A stretch of DNA of 41,029 nt, taken from a bacterium. Lineage in GTDB: Bacteria > Hinthialibacterota > Hinthialibacteria > Hinthialibacterales > Hinthialibacteraceae. Shown one piece after another: positions 27,787 through 37,059 of this stretch (the stretch's first letter is position 1; each line of letters starts with the position of its first letter). The notes beneath the pieces were generated by a model. It saw only the letters and a program-made list of their open reading frames with translations. It was not told where the DNA came from and ran no database searches. The stretch lies in the NCBI GenBank assembly GCA_041946805.1, contig JBHGBC010000040.1:1-41029 (forward strand), given 5' to 3'. The position numbers and the translations under genes are program-made.

Positions 27787-28731
27787 ATGAAAATTTCAAA
27801 ATGGCTGCCCGTATTCCTGCTGGCGCTGATTGGCGTCCCGCTGGCTTTCGGTCAGGAAGAGGCGGCCGAGGTCAGCACGGAAGAGATCCAGCCGGTATCT
27901 CCGGAAATCCAGGCGCAATTGGCGAAATTGTTGCCGGATCCCGAACCTCTCGGGGCGCGGCGGGATGGCGAGGCCAAATTCTACGGCATGGATCTCTATA
28001 TGTACATCAATGGCGGGGCGAGCGCGTTCCACAACTATGATTTTGTGGCCCTGGGGCATCAGGATTACAAAAAAGGGGACACCGACATCACCGTGGACAT
28101 TTATTTCATGGGTGAGCCTTTGAACGCCTTCGGGATCTACGCGGCCGAGCGCTCTCCGGATTACAATTTCATCCCCGTGGGGGCGGAAGGCTACGAGGCC
28201 GAGTCGATGATCAATTTCTTGCAGGGGCCGTATTACGTGAAACTGTCGGGATTCAGCGAGAATAAGGGGGGCGCCCAGGAAGCGTTGCGGGCGTTCGCCG
28301 AAGAGGTCTCCAAGCGGATCGGCAATGACAAGTCCCTGCCGGAAGAAGTACATCGGTTCCCGGTGGAGAATCGGGTTCCCCACGCGCAAGGTTACGAGAA
28401 AAACGCGCCGCTGGGATTCGAGTTTTTGGCCCCGGCCCTGATGGCCAAGTATGCGTTCGGTGGAAATCAGAGCAGCCTGGTCCTGTCGATGGCCGCTTCC
28501 GAAAACGAAGCGAAAGACCGGATCCAAAAGATGCGAGAGCGCGTGGCGAAGTCCGGGACCGTGGAGGATTACGCGGCGTTGACTCCCGGAGCCTTCCGGG
28601 GCGTGGACAAGTACCAGGGCGGGATCATCGGATTCGCTTTGGATAAATACGCCGTTTTCGCCATCAAGCCGCCGGACCATCCGGAAGCGTGGTTAAAGGG
28701 TGTGATGAAGGCGCTGTCTGAGGAGAAATAA
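27787..28731 (+). CDS. Secreted DUF6599-like protein
   Basis: AAGGAG RBS; signal peptide ending AFG; LYMYINGGA..F..YDF and VDIYFMG...AFGIYA..R motifs. Confidence 0.7.
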   Translation: MKISKWLPVFLLALIGVPLAFGQEEAAEVSTEEIQPVSPEIQAQLAKLLPDPEPLGARRDGEAKFYGMDLYMYINGGASAFHNYDFVALGHQDYKKGDTDITVDIYFMGEPLNAFGIYAAERSPDYNFIPVGAEGYEAESMINFLQGPYYVKLSGFSENKGGAQEALRAFAEEVSKRIGNDKSLPEEVHRFPVENRVPHAQGYEKNAPLGFEFLAPALMAKYAFGGNQSSLVLSMAASENEAKDRIQKMRERVAKSGTVEDYAALTPGAFRGVDKYQGGIIGFALDKYAVFAIKPPDHPEAWLKGVMKALSEEK

Positions 28732-28919
28732 GCAGCCACCCGATACCTTCCCCAAAGTATGGGGGGTAGGAGAGGATTGTTTCAGGATGTTTTCGCGGGC
28801 TGAATCGTAGAATGAGTGAGCGCGATGCGCGTAATCCATCATCAACAAACCTTGGAGAATTATGGGTAGGGCAGGTTGAGCGCGGCGAAATCCATCCCAA
28901 CCGCCCTTCTTATACGATC

Positions 28920-29190
28920 CCCTCTCCCTCTGGGAGAGGATTAGGGTGAGGGAATTTTTGTAGGGGCGGACCGGAGTGTCCGCCCGAATCCTCGAGTGGA
29001 CGGAATGCCTTTTTCTCCACCATGTACGCCTATGCCGGATGGACCTTATCTTTGATTCATCCAAGAAGCGCGTACCGGATCAAGTGAAATTGATTTCATT
29101 CCCCCGTGGGAGGGCGAGGCTCCTGCCGAGCCGCTTCATACCGAAAAACCTATGGATTAAAAAACGGCTCACCAGGAGGTTCGCCCTCCC
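28920..29190. repeat. Cluster of REP-like repeats (three families)
   Basis: CCCTCTCCC module plus GTAGGGGCGGACC hairpin (28920-28985); GTACGC..CCGGATGGACC inverted pair (29024-29074); GGGAGGGCGAGGCTCC / GGAGGTTCGCCCTCCC inverted pair (29108-29190). Confidence 0.75.
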
Positions 29191-29280
29191 TGGCTTACAG
29201 CGGCCCTATCCCAAAGGGCGAGGGAGTAATACGTCCCTTCTTTTGTCGTCGTTCGAGAGTACGCACTTCCCGGATGAGCT

Positions 29281-29811
29281 TTATTTTTTCGCTTCCTTCA
29301 TCGGGCCGATCAATTCGACAAAGGTGCCGTCAGGATCCTTGATCAACACAAAATGGCTGTCACCCATCGCGATCGGCGTGTCGCCCAGCAGTTTCACTTT
29401 GTGTTTTTTGATGCGCTCCAGGATGGGAGTGAGATCGTTCACCATGATCGTGATGTATTGGATGCCCGTGTGCGAATGGATGAACTCGTTCTCCTGGGGC
29501 TGGGCCTGGCCGCCGAAAGTCATCAGTTTCAGCTGGGTGGCGTTTTCTCCCTTCCCCAATTTCAATACCTGAACGTGAATGGGCAGGGAATCGGTGAGGC
29601 CGGATTTCTTCCCGAAGTCCGCGTCCACACTGAATTCGGTGGTGTCCACCTGGACCATGCCGACGACGTCCTTGTAGAACTTCAGCGACTGATCGAGATC
29701 TTTCACGATCATGCCGAGATGGATGGTTTTGAGGACGAAGTCCTTTTCCTCCGCCCCGCCTGTCATGGCCAATAAGGCCGTCAACGCGAAAGCCGCCAGT
29801 GAAATTTTCAT
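29281..29811 (-). CDS. VOC/glyoxalase family protein with signal peptide
   Basis: IHLGMIVKDLDQSLKFYKDVVG and IKDPDGTFVEL; start ATG 29811 after GAGGAG. Confidence 0.85.
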   Translation of the reverse strand: MKISLAAFALTALLAMTGGAEEKDFVLKTIHLGMIVKDLDQSLKFYKDVVGMVQVDTTEFSVDADFGKKSGLTDSLPIHVQVLKLGKGENATQLKLMTFGGQAQPQENEFIHSHTGIQYITIMVNDLTPILERIKKHKVKLLGDTPIAMGDSHFVLIKDPDGTFVELIGPMKEAKK

Positions 29812-29953
29812 GGTCCTGTTTCTCCTCGTGAGTGATGATGGATCCCGTGCGCGGGTGAGGGCCATTGAAGCAAATGCTTTGGCGGGTGTCCAGGCAGAGA
29901 GGCGAGGAAAAAAACATCCGAACACTGGTTTGCCGGCTTCCGTTTCACGCGTT

Positions 29954-29982
29954 TTGACAGCCCCCTAGCGGAGGGTTATACT
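29954..29982 (+). promoter_or_regulatory. Sigma70-type promoter of argC
   Basis: TTGACA (29954-29959), 17-bp spacer, TATACT (29977-29982), ~30 bp upstream of the start. Confidence 0.75.
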
Positions 29983-30014
29983 TCATCCCACTTATTTTAT
30001 CCAAGGTGGAATCC

Positions 30015-31058
30015 ATGAGTAATTCGGATATATGCAAGGTAAAAATCGTCGGGGCCACCGGCTACACGGGTGGTGAATTGATCCGTTTGTTATTGAAACA
30101 TCCCAAAGTCAAGATCGTTTCCTTGACAGGCGCGGGCTTCGATGAGCCGCAGCCGGCGCACGCGTTTTGGCCCTGGCTGCGCAACGTCATCGACCTGCCC
30201 ATCCGGCCGGAAAACGAGGGCGAGGCGGATGGGGCGGATACGATCTTTTTGAGCGTCCCTCACGGGGCCGCCATGAAACTGGCTCCGCTTTACTATGAAA
30301 AAGGGCTGCGGGTGATCGACCTGTCGGCCGATTACCGTTTCCCCGATTTGTCGGAACGGAAAGGCTGGTACGAGGGGGAGCACACTTCGCCGGAACTGTG
30401 CAAGGTGGCGGTGTACGGCATGCCGGAATTGTTCCGGGAACAGATCAAGAACGCGCGTCTGATCGCCAATCCGGGCTGCTATCCCACCGCCGCCATCTTA
30501 AGCCTCTATCCGGGCATCCAATTGGGCTTTTTTGAGCCGGAACGGATCCGGGTGAATTCCGTCTCCGGGGTCACGGGAGCGGGACGCAATCCGAAACTGC
30601 TGTTTCATCATCCCGAGTTCGACCAGAATTTCTTCGCCTACCGAATCGGCAAGCACCAGCACGCGCCGGAGATCGTCTCGGTGCTGCGCCGGGTCACCGG
30701 GAAGCCGGTGACGGTGACCTTCGTGCCGCACGTATTGCCCTTGCAGCGGGGGATCCTCTCCACCATGTACTGCCGCAAGGCCCAGGATGTATCCTTGGCG
30801 GACATTTGGAAAGCCTACCAGAAGACGTACGCCCGCGAGCCGTTCATCCGGTTGTATCCGCTGGGCGAGGCGCCGGCGCTGCAGGCCGTGCGGGAAAGCA
30901 ACTTCCTCGATATATCCCTGCACGAAGACGCCTTGACGGGGGACATTGTACTCGTCTCGGCGGAGGACAATCTCACCAAGGGAGCGGCCGGCCAGGCCGT
31001 TCAGAATTTGAATGTGATCATGGGATACCCGGAAACAATGGGATTACTCCCCCTGTAA
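30015..31058 (+). CDS. argC: N-acetyl-gamma-glutamyl-phosphate reductase
   Basis: GATGYTG, IDLSADYR, IANPGCYPT, SGVTGAGR, H.H.PEI, DNLTKGAAGQAVQN. Confidence 0.96.
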   Translation: MSNSDICKVKIVGATGYTGGELIRLLLKHPKVKIVSLTGAGFDEPQPAHAFWPWLRNVIDLPIRPENEGEADGADTIFLSVPHGAAMKLAPLYYEKGLRVIDLSADYRFPDLSERKGWYEGEHTSPELCKVAVYGMPELFREQIKNARLIANPGCYPTAAILSLYPGIQLGFFEPERIRVNSVSGVTGAGRNPKLLFHHPEFDQNFFAYRIGKHQHAPEIVSVLRRVTGKPVTVTFVPHVLPLQRGILSTMYCRKAQDVSLADIWKAYQKTYAREPFIRLYPLGEAPALQAVRESNFLDISLHEDALTGDIVLVSAEDNLTKGAAGQAVQNLNVIMGYPETMGLLPL

Positions 31059-31119
31059 GCCATCGCCATCGCGCCGGGTGGGTTTCAGGAAGATCCAATA
31101 TAAAAGCGGGGAGCGAATA

Positions 31120-34100
31120 ATGCGATTTGCAGGCCGGTCCGGTATGTACTTGTTTGTTTTGGCGCTGTCGTTGGGGCCGTGGGCGGGATTCGCCGATCCT
31201 TTGAAAACTTCGCCCGCCGAAAATCCGGATTTCACGTTGATCGAAGCGGGAGACGACTTCGCCCGCGTGCAATACACGTGTCCGGACCGGCTGCGTCTCA
31301 ATCCCTATACTACAGCCGTTTCCACGGTGTTCATCCTGATCCCCCCGGGGGCGGAGCACGCCGTGGATTTTTCGTTCTGGATATTCCGGGCCGTCAAAAG
31401 CCCCACCGATCCCGCCGTCTATCTGCGGTCCGATCAATCCCCGCCGGAGGACGCCGCCAAGCAGAAAAAGATCATCGAATCCATCGTCCAGATCAAACGC
31501 TACGAGTTTCAGGAACTGGATGTGCTGGGCGTGCAGGTGAATCCCACCGTGAGCCTCTCCCACCCCGAGGCGCGGGCCTTGTTCGCCGGGGTGAATTCCC
31601 TGTTCCTGGACCGGCTGGAGATCCGGGTGAGCTGGAAGGGGGGAGCGTCAATCCGCGCCCAGGCGCAGTCTTCCCTGGATGGGGGATACGCGCGCCTGTT
31701 CCACAACCTGGGCATCAACCGCGAGTATGCCGAATCGTTCCGGCGGAAACGGGCGATTCCCGAATCGGAAAAGACGGAAGGATTTCAACCGGCGGTGGTG
31801 GGATTCGACCGGCAGGAGGAGGTGCTCAATCCGGCTCAGAGAATCGCGTTGCCCCGCGAGGACGGCGTGCGCGTGCGGGTGCGGCGGACCGGGATCACGG
31901 CCATCCGTCCCCAGGATTTGCGGGATCAAGGCTTGGCTCCCCAGAATGTCCAATTGCGGGACGCGCGGATTTGGCACAAGGGCGTGGAACTGCCGGTCTA
32001 TGTCGGTGATGACGGGGATGGCCAGTTTCAGGATGGGGATGTGATTGTCTTTTATGGAGAGGCCACGGATTCCGAATTCACGGTGGATTCGCATTATTTC
32101 CTCACGTGGTTCCCCCTGGACACGCCGCCGAAGCGGGTGGAGGAGCGGCCCCTCGAATGGGCGGAGGAAGGCGCTTCTCAAATCTTCGCGAGCCGGATCT
32201 ATGAAGAAGACCGTTTGTTGGTGAAGGAAAAGAACGCCCAGTTCGGCTGGTATTACCTGGACATGGACACCAAATCCAAGGATTTGCCCTTGGACCTGAC
32301 CGGCCTGGCCGGGCTGGGCGAGGTGCGGATCGCGCTGGACGCGCAAAACCGCACCCGGCAGCGTTGCGTCTTCTCCGCGCAGGTCGGCAACGCGACGCAG
32401 TCGTACGCCCTGGAGATCGACGACGCCACCCGCTTTTGGTTCACCACCTCGGCGGAGGCGGTGATCGCGTCGCCCACGCTGACGATCGTCATGGACAAGG
32501 AACCGGAGAACCAATCGCCGTTCCAGACGGGACTCAGCGAGAAGGTGGACGATGTCCGGCACCTGTTTTTCGATTCCATCGAGGTGATCTATCCCCGCCA
32601 GGGCTATGTATCGAAGGAAGGCCTGGTTGTCGAACGTCCCTGGCTGCCCGAAGGGACGAAGGCCATCTCGTTGTTGGTGGATGAAGCCACCCAACCGGTT
32701 TCGGCCTGGGTGGTGGACGCCTCCGGCGGATTGCGGAAATTATCCTCCTCCGCCGCGCCGGGAAAAGCGGCGCTGGTTCTGCCGGCGGACGATTGGACGC
32801 GGCTTGATATTTTCGCGGACGCGGATCTGCCCGGCCCGTACACCATCGACCTGGACACCGCCTCCACCCTGCACCGGAAAGACCAGGGATACAACTATGT
32901 CATCATCTGTTACGGCTCCATGCTGGACACGGCGCGGCGGCTGGCGGAATGGAGGGCCAAGCAGGGGTATGAAGTGCTCCTGACCGATGTGCAGGATATA
33001 TATGATGAGTTCAATTTCGGCTATCCGGATTTCGAGGCCATCAAGCGGTTCCTGCGCTACGCGCAATCGGAGTGGGAAGGCCTCAGCCCGGATTACGTGG
33101 TTTTGATCGGCGATTCCAACTGGGATCACCGGGACCGCTTGGGAACCGGCGCGCCTGACCAGGTTCCCACTTACGCGCCGTTGGACAATCCGCAACGGTA
33201 CGGGGCGGATGAATGGTACGCCTACTTATGGGGCGGTCCCATGGATTTCTTCCCCGACCTGATCATCGGGCGGATTTCGGTCCGCTCCAGGCAGGATTTG
33301 GACCGCTACCTGGTCAAACTGACCGCGTATGAAACCGGCTCCCCTCCCGGGCCGTGGCGGGCGCGCAACCTGTTCATCACGGACAACAAGTTCGAGCAGT
33401 ACGCCCTGGAAAACGCCAACTCCAGCCTGCCTCCCGAATACGATCCGGTGTTTCTCCATCAAAACGATTATCCCCACGTCACCAATCCCTATCTCTATCA
33501 CCGCTTCGCCGAGAGCCCGGATCCGGTGGTGCAGAAATACAAGAACAAGAAGTTTTCGCCGGAGTGCACGCGCGCCATCCTTCGTGAATTTGACCGCGGT
33601 TCGCTGGTCGTCCAATACATCGGCCATGGGGGAAACCAGTTGTGGTCCGAGGAGCGCATTTTCTACGGGACCGATAATCCCAACAGCAACCTCCTGGAAT
33701 TGCAGCCCACCACCCGCTTCCCCTTCGTGGTGAACTGGTCCTGCCTGACCGGCTACCTGAATTTCAATATTTCCCCCTTCACCGTCTGCCTGTCGGAGGA
33801 ATTCATCCGCTATCCGGACCGGGGCGCCATCGCCGTGTGGGGGCCCAGCGGCGGCGGGACCACGAACCGCCACATGGTGATGTCCGAAATCCTGATGCGG
33901 AACCTGACCCGCGACGGATTGACCCGGGTGGGCGAGGCGGTGACCTTCACCAAGGCGGAATACATGCTCGATCAGTCGGACTCCGAGCTGGTGGATCAGT
34001 ACATCCTGTTCGGAGATCCCGCCGTCGCGCTGGAACTGCCCCGCGAGCGGGCGCCCGTCACGGTGGAGCCCGCCCTGTTCGTGGAAGACCAGGAGCAATC

Positions 34101-36558
34101 GTTCACCCTCAACGCCACTCTCTCCACCTTGATGACGGGCAAGGCGGTCGTGTCCATGACGGTGGGCGAGAAACAGGTGTATGAGAGCCAGCCGTTCGAT
34201 TTCACCGATTCCCATATTCTACACACCTTCACCGCCCCCATCGGAAAAGAAGGACAGGACAAGGCCACCGTCCGCTTCTACGCCTGGAACGAGGAATCCC
34301 GGCTGGACGCCTGGGGGGGAACGCACATCCCGAAATTGAAACCCGACCTCGCCCTGGATGGCGGCAAGGTGGAATGGGATGGCCAAGAGGCCCGGATCCG
34401 GGCGTTGCTGGTGAACCGCTCGCCGTTCGCGGTGGCCGCGGCCGATTGCCAGCTGCGGATCGGCGGCCGGAAGGAGACGCTGGCCGCCGGGCCGGTGCCC
34501 GCCAGCGCCTCGGTGACGCTCGAGTGGAAGGGGCCGGTGGCCCCGGACGATCAGGCCGCGTACATCTCCGTGCGGCCGGATTCCGCGCAGGGCATCGTGG
34601 AAGACAATCTGCCGCCGCCGCTGGTGATCCCGCTGCGGACGCCGGAGGCCAATCCGATCATTCCTTTGGTGGAGAACGCGTCGTTCACCTCCCGCGATCT
34701 GACCGAAAACCGCAGCGTGCGGCTGCAGATCCCCTTCCGGAACTTGTCGAATACGCAAACCGCGTACGTGGCCGCCACCCTGGAAGGCCCCGGATGCGCG
34801 ACCAACGACATCAAGCAGGTCACACTGCCGGCGGGCCAGGAGCGGAAAATCGATTTCGCGATCCAGCTTCCCGCCGCCGGCGGGCATGAGTATGTATTGA
34901 AGACCCTGGGCGGGGACAAAACGCTTTCCTACACCCTGCCGGTCCAGGTCGAAGGCAAACCGGATCTGGCCCTGGCGGAGATGGATTACCGGATCGAACC
35001 GGAGCGGCCGGTGATCGGCCACACGGTCTATTTGAAGACCACGGTTTACAATGTGGGCGCGGGGCCGGCAAGGAACGTATCCGTGAAGGCCTTCGATGGG
35101 GATCCGTCCCTGCAGCGGGAATTGACGCATTTCGATTCGCGGCGCGCGGTGGTGATCGATAAACTGGATCCCGGGGAGATGCAGGAAGTGACCCTCATCT
35201 GGGATCCCCCCGCGTACGACGGCCTGGGCACGCATGAAATCCATCTCGTGGTGGATCCCCAGGAACGGATCGAGGAGATCAGCCGCCTCAACAATCAGAT
35301 CATCGCCAACGTCACCTTGCACGATCTCCCCGACCTGGTGGTGGAGCCGTGGTCCGGCCATGGCATGGCGGCGGAAATCCAACAGGCGATCGCGTTATGG
35401 GGACAGCCTCTCCAGCTTGTGGGGCGGGTGAGGAACCAGGGCGACTCGGACGCCCAATACGTCCGCTTCACCTTCCTGCATAACCAGGAGGAAATCACCC
35501 ACTTTTTCGAAAAGGTGGCCATGGGCGCGGTGGAGGAGACGCGGGTGGAAGTGCCCCTCCACTCGGCCCGCAACCGGTTGTACGTCATGGCCGACCGGTA
35601 TGACCTGATCGCGGAGAAGGGGGAAAAGCAAGGCCTCGGCAACAATGTGAGCAACGAACAGCGCCTCGATTTCCAATTGCGGATGCCCGTCGCGCCCCTG
35701 GCCAGTTCCCACCGGATTTATCTGGTCACCGATGCCTCCCAGTTCACGGCCGGCCAGGGCGAGTATCTGATGATCGATCCCAACCGCAACACGGTGTTCC
35801 TGAATCCGAATCTGGAAAACATCAAGTTCCGCTTGTCTCCCGCGTTCACCCAGGACACGGCGGCCTATTCGACGATGCTGCCCCGGAACCTGTGGCAATG
35901 GAACATCAAGTACAACAGCTTCTACACCCCGGTGGAGAGCGATGTCCCCTTGCGTTTCCAAGTCCCGGCTCCCATGGGGATTTACGACGTGTACCTGCAC
36001 CTATACAGCGCGGCCTACGACCAGGGAAAGACGGAACGGATCCGGATCAAGGCCTCGGGTGACGCGGACTTCCGCGTCCTGGAGCACGGCCAGACCGAGG
36101 ACAAGAACTACATGCGCAAACTGGGGACGTACCAAATCCGGGGCGATCAGTTCCAGATCGAATTCCGCCCGGTCCCGGGTGGCGTCTCCACCAGCCTCGG
36201 AGATATCCAATTTGTCCGGAGTCCCGGTCAGGAAACCCCGGTGGCCGCCGGCTACTTGTCGCCGTATTTCCCGTCGCCGGGTTCGGGCGGCGGTCCCGCG
36301 GTCATGAGCTGGGACGCCACGATCCCCGAGGGGACTTCGATGTACGTGAAGGCGCGATGGGTGATCCAAAATCCGGACGGCTCGCTGCGGTTTCTGCCCT
36401 GGGCCAGCATCATCGACGGGAAGGAAAAGAAGTTATCTCTGATCGGCAAGGGTGATTTTTTCCAGTATTATGTGAATCTCGTCCGCTTCACACATGACAC
36501 GGCCACACCCGTTTTCAGCCGGGTCGTGATATCGATTCCCGGCAAGGAAGCCTCGTGA
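31120..36558 (+). CDS. Large secreted C25 (gingipain/PorU-like) cysteine peptidase with C-terminal CARDB/Ig-like domains
   Basis: Signal peptide; DGDVIVFYGE, DIYDEFNFG, YVVLIGD, IGRISV, catalytic YIGHGG and WSCLTG, YILFGDP; CARDB-like PDL...VYNVG and VVDPQERIEEISRLNN. Confidence 0.85.
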   Translation: MRFAGRSGMYLFVLALSLGPWAGFADPLKTSPAENPDFTLIEAGDDFARVQYTCPDRLRLNPYTTAVSTVFILIPPGAEHAVDFSFWIFRAVKSPTDPAVYLRSDQSPPEDAAKQKKIIESIVQIKRYEFQELDVLGVQVNPTVSLSHPEARALFAGVNSLFLDRLEIRVSWKGGASIRAQAQSSLDGGYARLFHNLGINREYAESFRRKRAIPESEKTEGFQPAVVGFDRQEEVLNPAQRIALPREDGVRVRVRRTGITAIRPQDLRDQGLAPQNVQLRDARIWHKGVELPVYVGDDGDGQFQDGDVIVFYGEATDSEFTVDSHYFLTWFPLDTPPKRVEERPLEWAEEGASQIFASRIYEEDRLLVKEKNAQFGWYYLDMDTKSKDLPLDLTGLAGLGEVRIALDAQNRTRQRCVFSAQVGNATQSYALEIDDATRFWFTTSAEAVIASPTLTIVMDKEPENQSPFQTGLSEKVDDVRHLFFDSIEVIYPRQGYVSKEGLVVERPWLPEGTKAISLLVDEATQPVSAWVVDASGGLRKLSSSAAPGKAALVLPADDWTRLDIFADADLPGPYTIDLDTASTLHRKDQGYNYVIICYGSMLDTARRLAEWRAKQGYEVLLTDVQDIYDEFNFGYPDFEAIKRFLRYAQSEWEGLSPDYVVLIGDSNWDHRDRLGTGAPDQVPTYAPLDNPQRYGADEWYAYLWGGPMDFFPDLIIGRISVRSRQDLDRYLVKLTAYETGSPPGPWRARNLFITDNKFEQYALENANSSLPPEYDPVFLHQNDYPHVTNPYLYHRFAESPDPVVQKYKNKKFSPECTRAILREFDRGSLVVQYIGHGGNQLWSEERIFYGTDNPNSNLLELQPTTRFPFVVNWSCLTGYLNFNISPFTVCLSEEFIRYPDRGAIAVWGPSGGGTTNRHMVMSEILMRNLTRDGLTRVGEAVTFTKAEYMLDQSDSELVDQYILFGDPAVALELPRERAPVTVEPALFVEDQEQSFTLNATLSTLMTGKAVVSMTVGEKQVYESQPFDFTDSHILHTFTAPIGKEGQDKATVRFYAWNEESRLDAWGGTHIPKLKPDLALDGGKVEWDGQEARIRALLVNRSPFAVAAADCQLRIGGRKETLAAGPVPASASVTLEWKGPVAPDDQAAYISVRPDSAQGIVEDNLPPPLVIPLRTPEANPIIPLVENASFTSRDLTENRSVRLQIPFRNLSNTQTAYVAATLEGPGCATNDIKQVTLPAGQERKIDFAIQLPAAGGHEYVLKTLGGDKTLSYTLPVQVEGKPDLALAEMDYRIEPERPVIGHTVYLKTTVYNVGAGPARNVSVKAFDGDPSLQRELTHFDSRRAVVIDKLDPGEMQEVTLIWDPPAYDGLGTHEIHLVVDPQERIEEISRLNNQIIANVTLHDLPDLVVEPWSGHGMAAEIQQAIALWGQPLQLVGRVRNQGDSDAQYVRFTFLHNQEEITHFFEKVAMGAVEETRVEVPLHSARNRLYVMADRYDLIAEKGEKQGLGNNVSNEQRLDFQLRMPVAPLASSHRIYLVTDASQFTAGQGEYLMIDPNRNTVFLNPNLENIKFRLSPAFTQDTAAYSTMLPRNLWQWNIKYNSFYTPVESDVPLRFQVPAPMGIYDVYLHLYSAAYDQGKTERIRIKASGDADFRVLEHGQTEDKNYMRKLGTYQIRGDQFQIEFRPVPGGVSTSLGDIQFVRSPGQETPVAAGYLSPYFPSPGSGGGPAVMSWDATIPEGTSMYVKARWVIQNPDGSLRFLPWASIIDGKEKKLSLIGKGDFFQYYVNLVRFTHDTATPVFSRVVISIPGKEAS

Positions 36559-36582
36559 CCCTTCATTTCATGGCATCCCGTG

Positions 36583-36610
36583 TTGACAATCCGCTGGACG
36601 CCGGGATACT
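36583..36610 (+). promoter_or_regulatory. Sigma70-like promoter upstream of a structured non-coding region
   Basis: TTGACA (36583-36588), 16-bp spacer, GATACT (36605-36610). Confidence 0.55.
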
Positions 36611-36616
36611 TTGAAA

Positions 36617-36745
36617 AAGAGAAGCCATTCGGTTCTGTTGCGTTTTCGTCATGAATGAATTACTGAAAGGCGGGATGGCCCTGCCAGTGCCAATGGCGCT
36701 TCTAACCTAGCTCAGGGCTTCAGACCGGCGATAGAGTCGGGACCA
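36617..36745 (+). ncRNA. Putative compact 6S-like structured RNA
   Basis: 14-bp closing stem 36628-36641 / 36728-36741 (many G-U pairs), inner stems, central bubble, apical hairpin GGCGGG-ATGGC-CCTGCC; own promoter; no ORF. Confidence 0.45.
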
Positions 36746-36757
36746 ATAGAAACAATT

Positions 36758-36790
36758 CCCTCTCCCTCGGGGAGAGGGGGACGGTGAGGG
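36758..36790 (+). repeat. CCCTCTCCC-N3-GGGAGAGGG REP-like hairpin
   Basis: CCCTCTCCCTCGGGGAGAGGGGGACGGTGAGGG. Confidence 0.75.
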
Positions 36791-37059
36791 AAGCCCGGAA
36801 AGGGCGCCATATTGGCGTTTCGCACAATCGATTAATCCGTTCCGTCTTGATAATTTGATCTACGGTGGAAAAACTCAACAGAACCAAGAACTTCCCAAAC
36901 GGTCTTTCGTTTTTCGGAGAAAGGATCGAAAGACGGCGGGTGGATCCCCGGGGGATTCCCCACCCGCTGTGCCGTACCGGTTGAAATAGTGTGGGGGCAA
37001 ACGCCTTGGCCGCCGGCCGGGGCAGGGGATCCCCGTGCGGGATTCCGAGTGGTTACTCC

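Noticed and set aside
6388..36790. Recurrent ~30-bp palindromic repeats as a possible CRISPR array
   Set aside because: Dispersed singly in intergenic regions, no regular spacers, no cas genes
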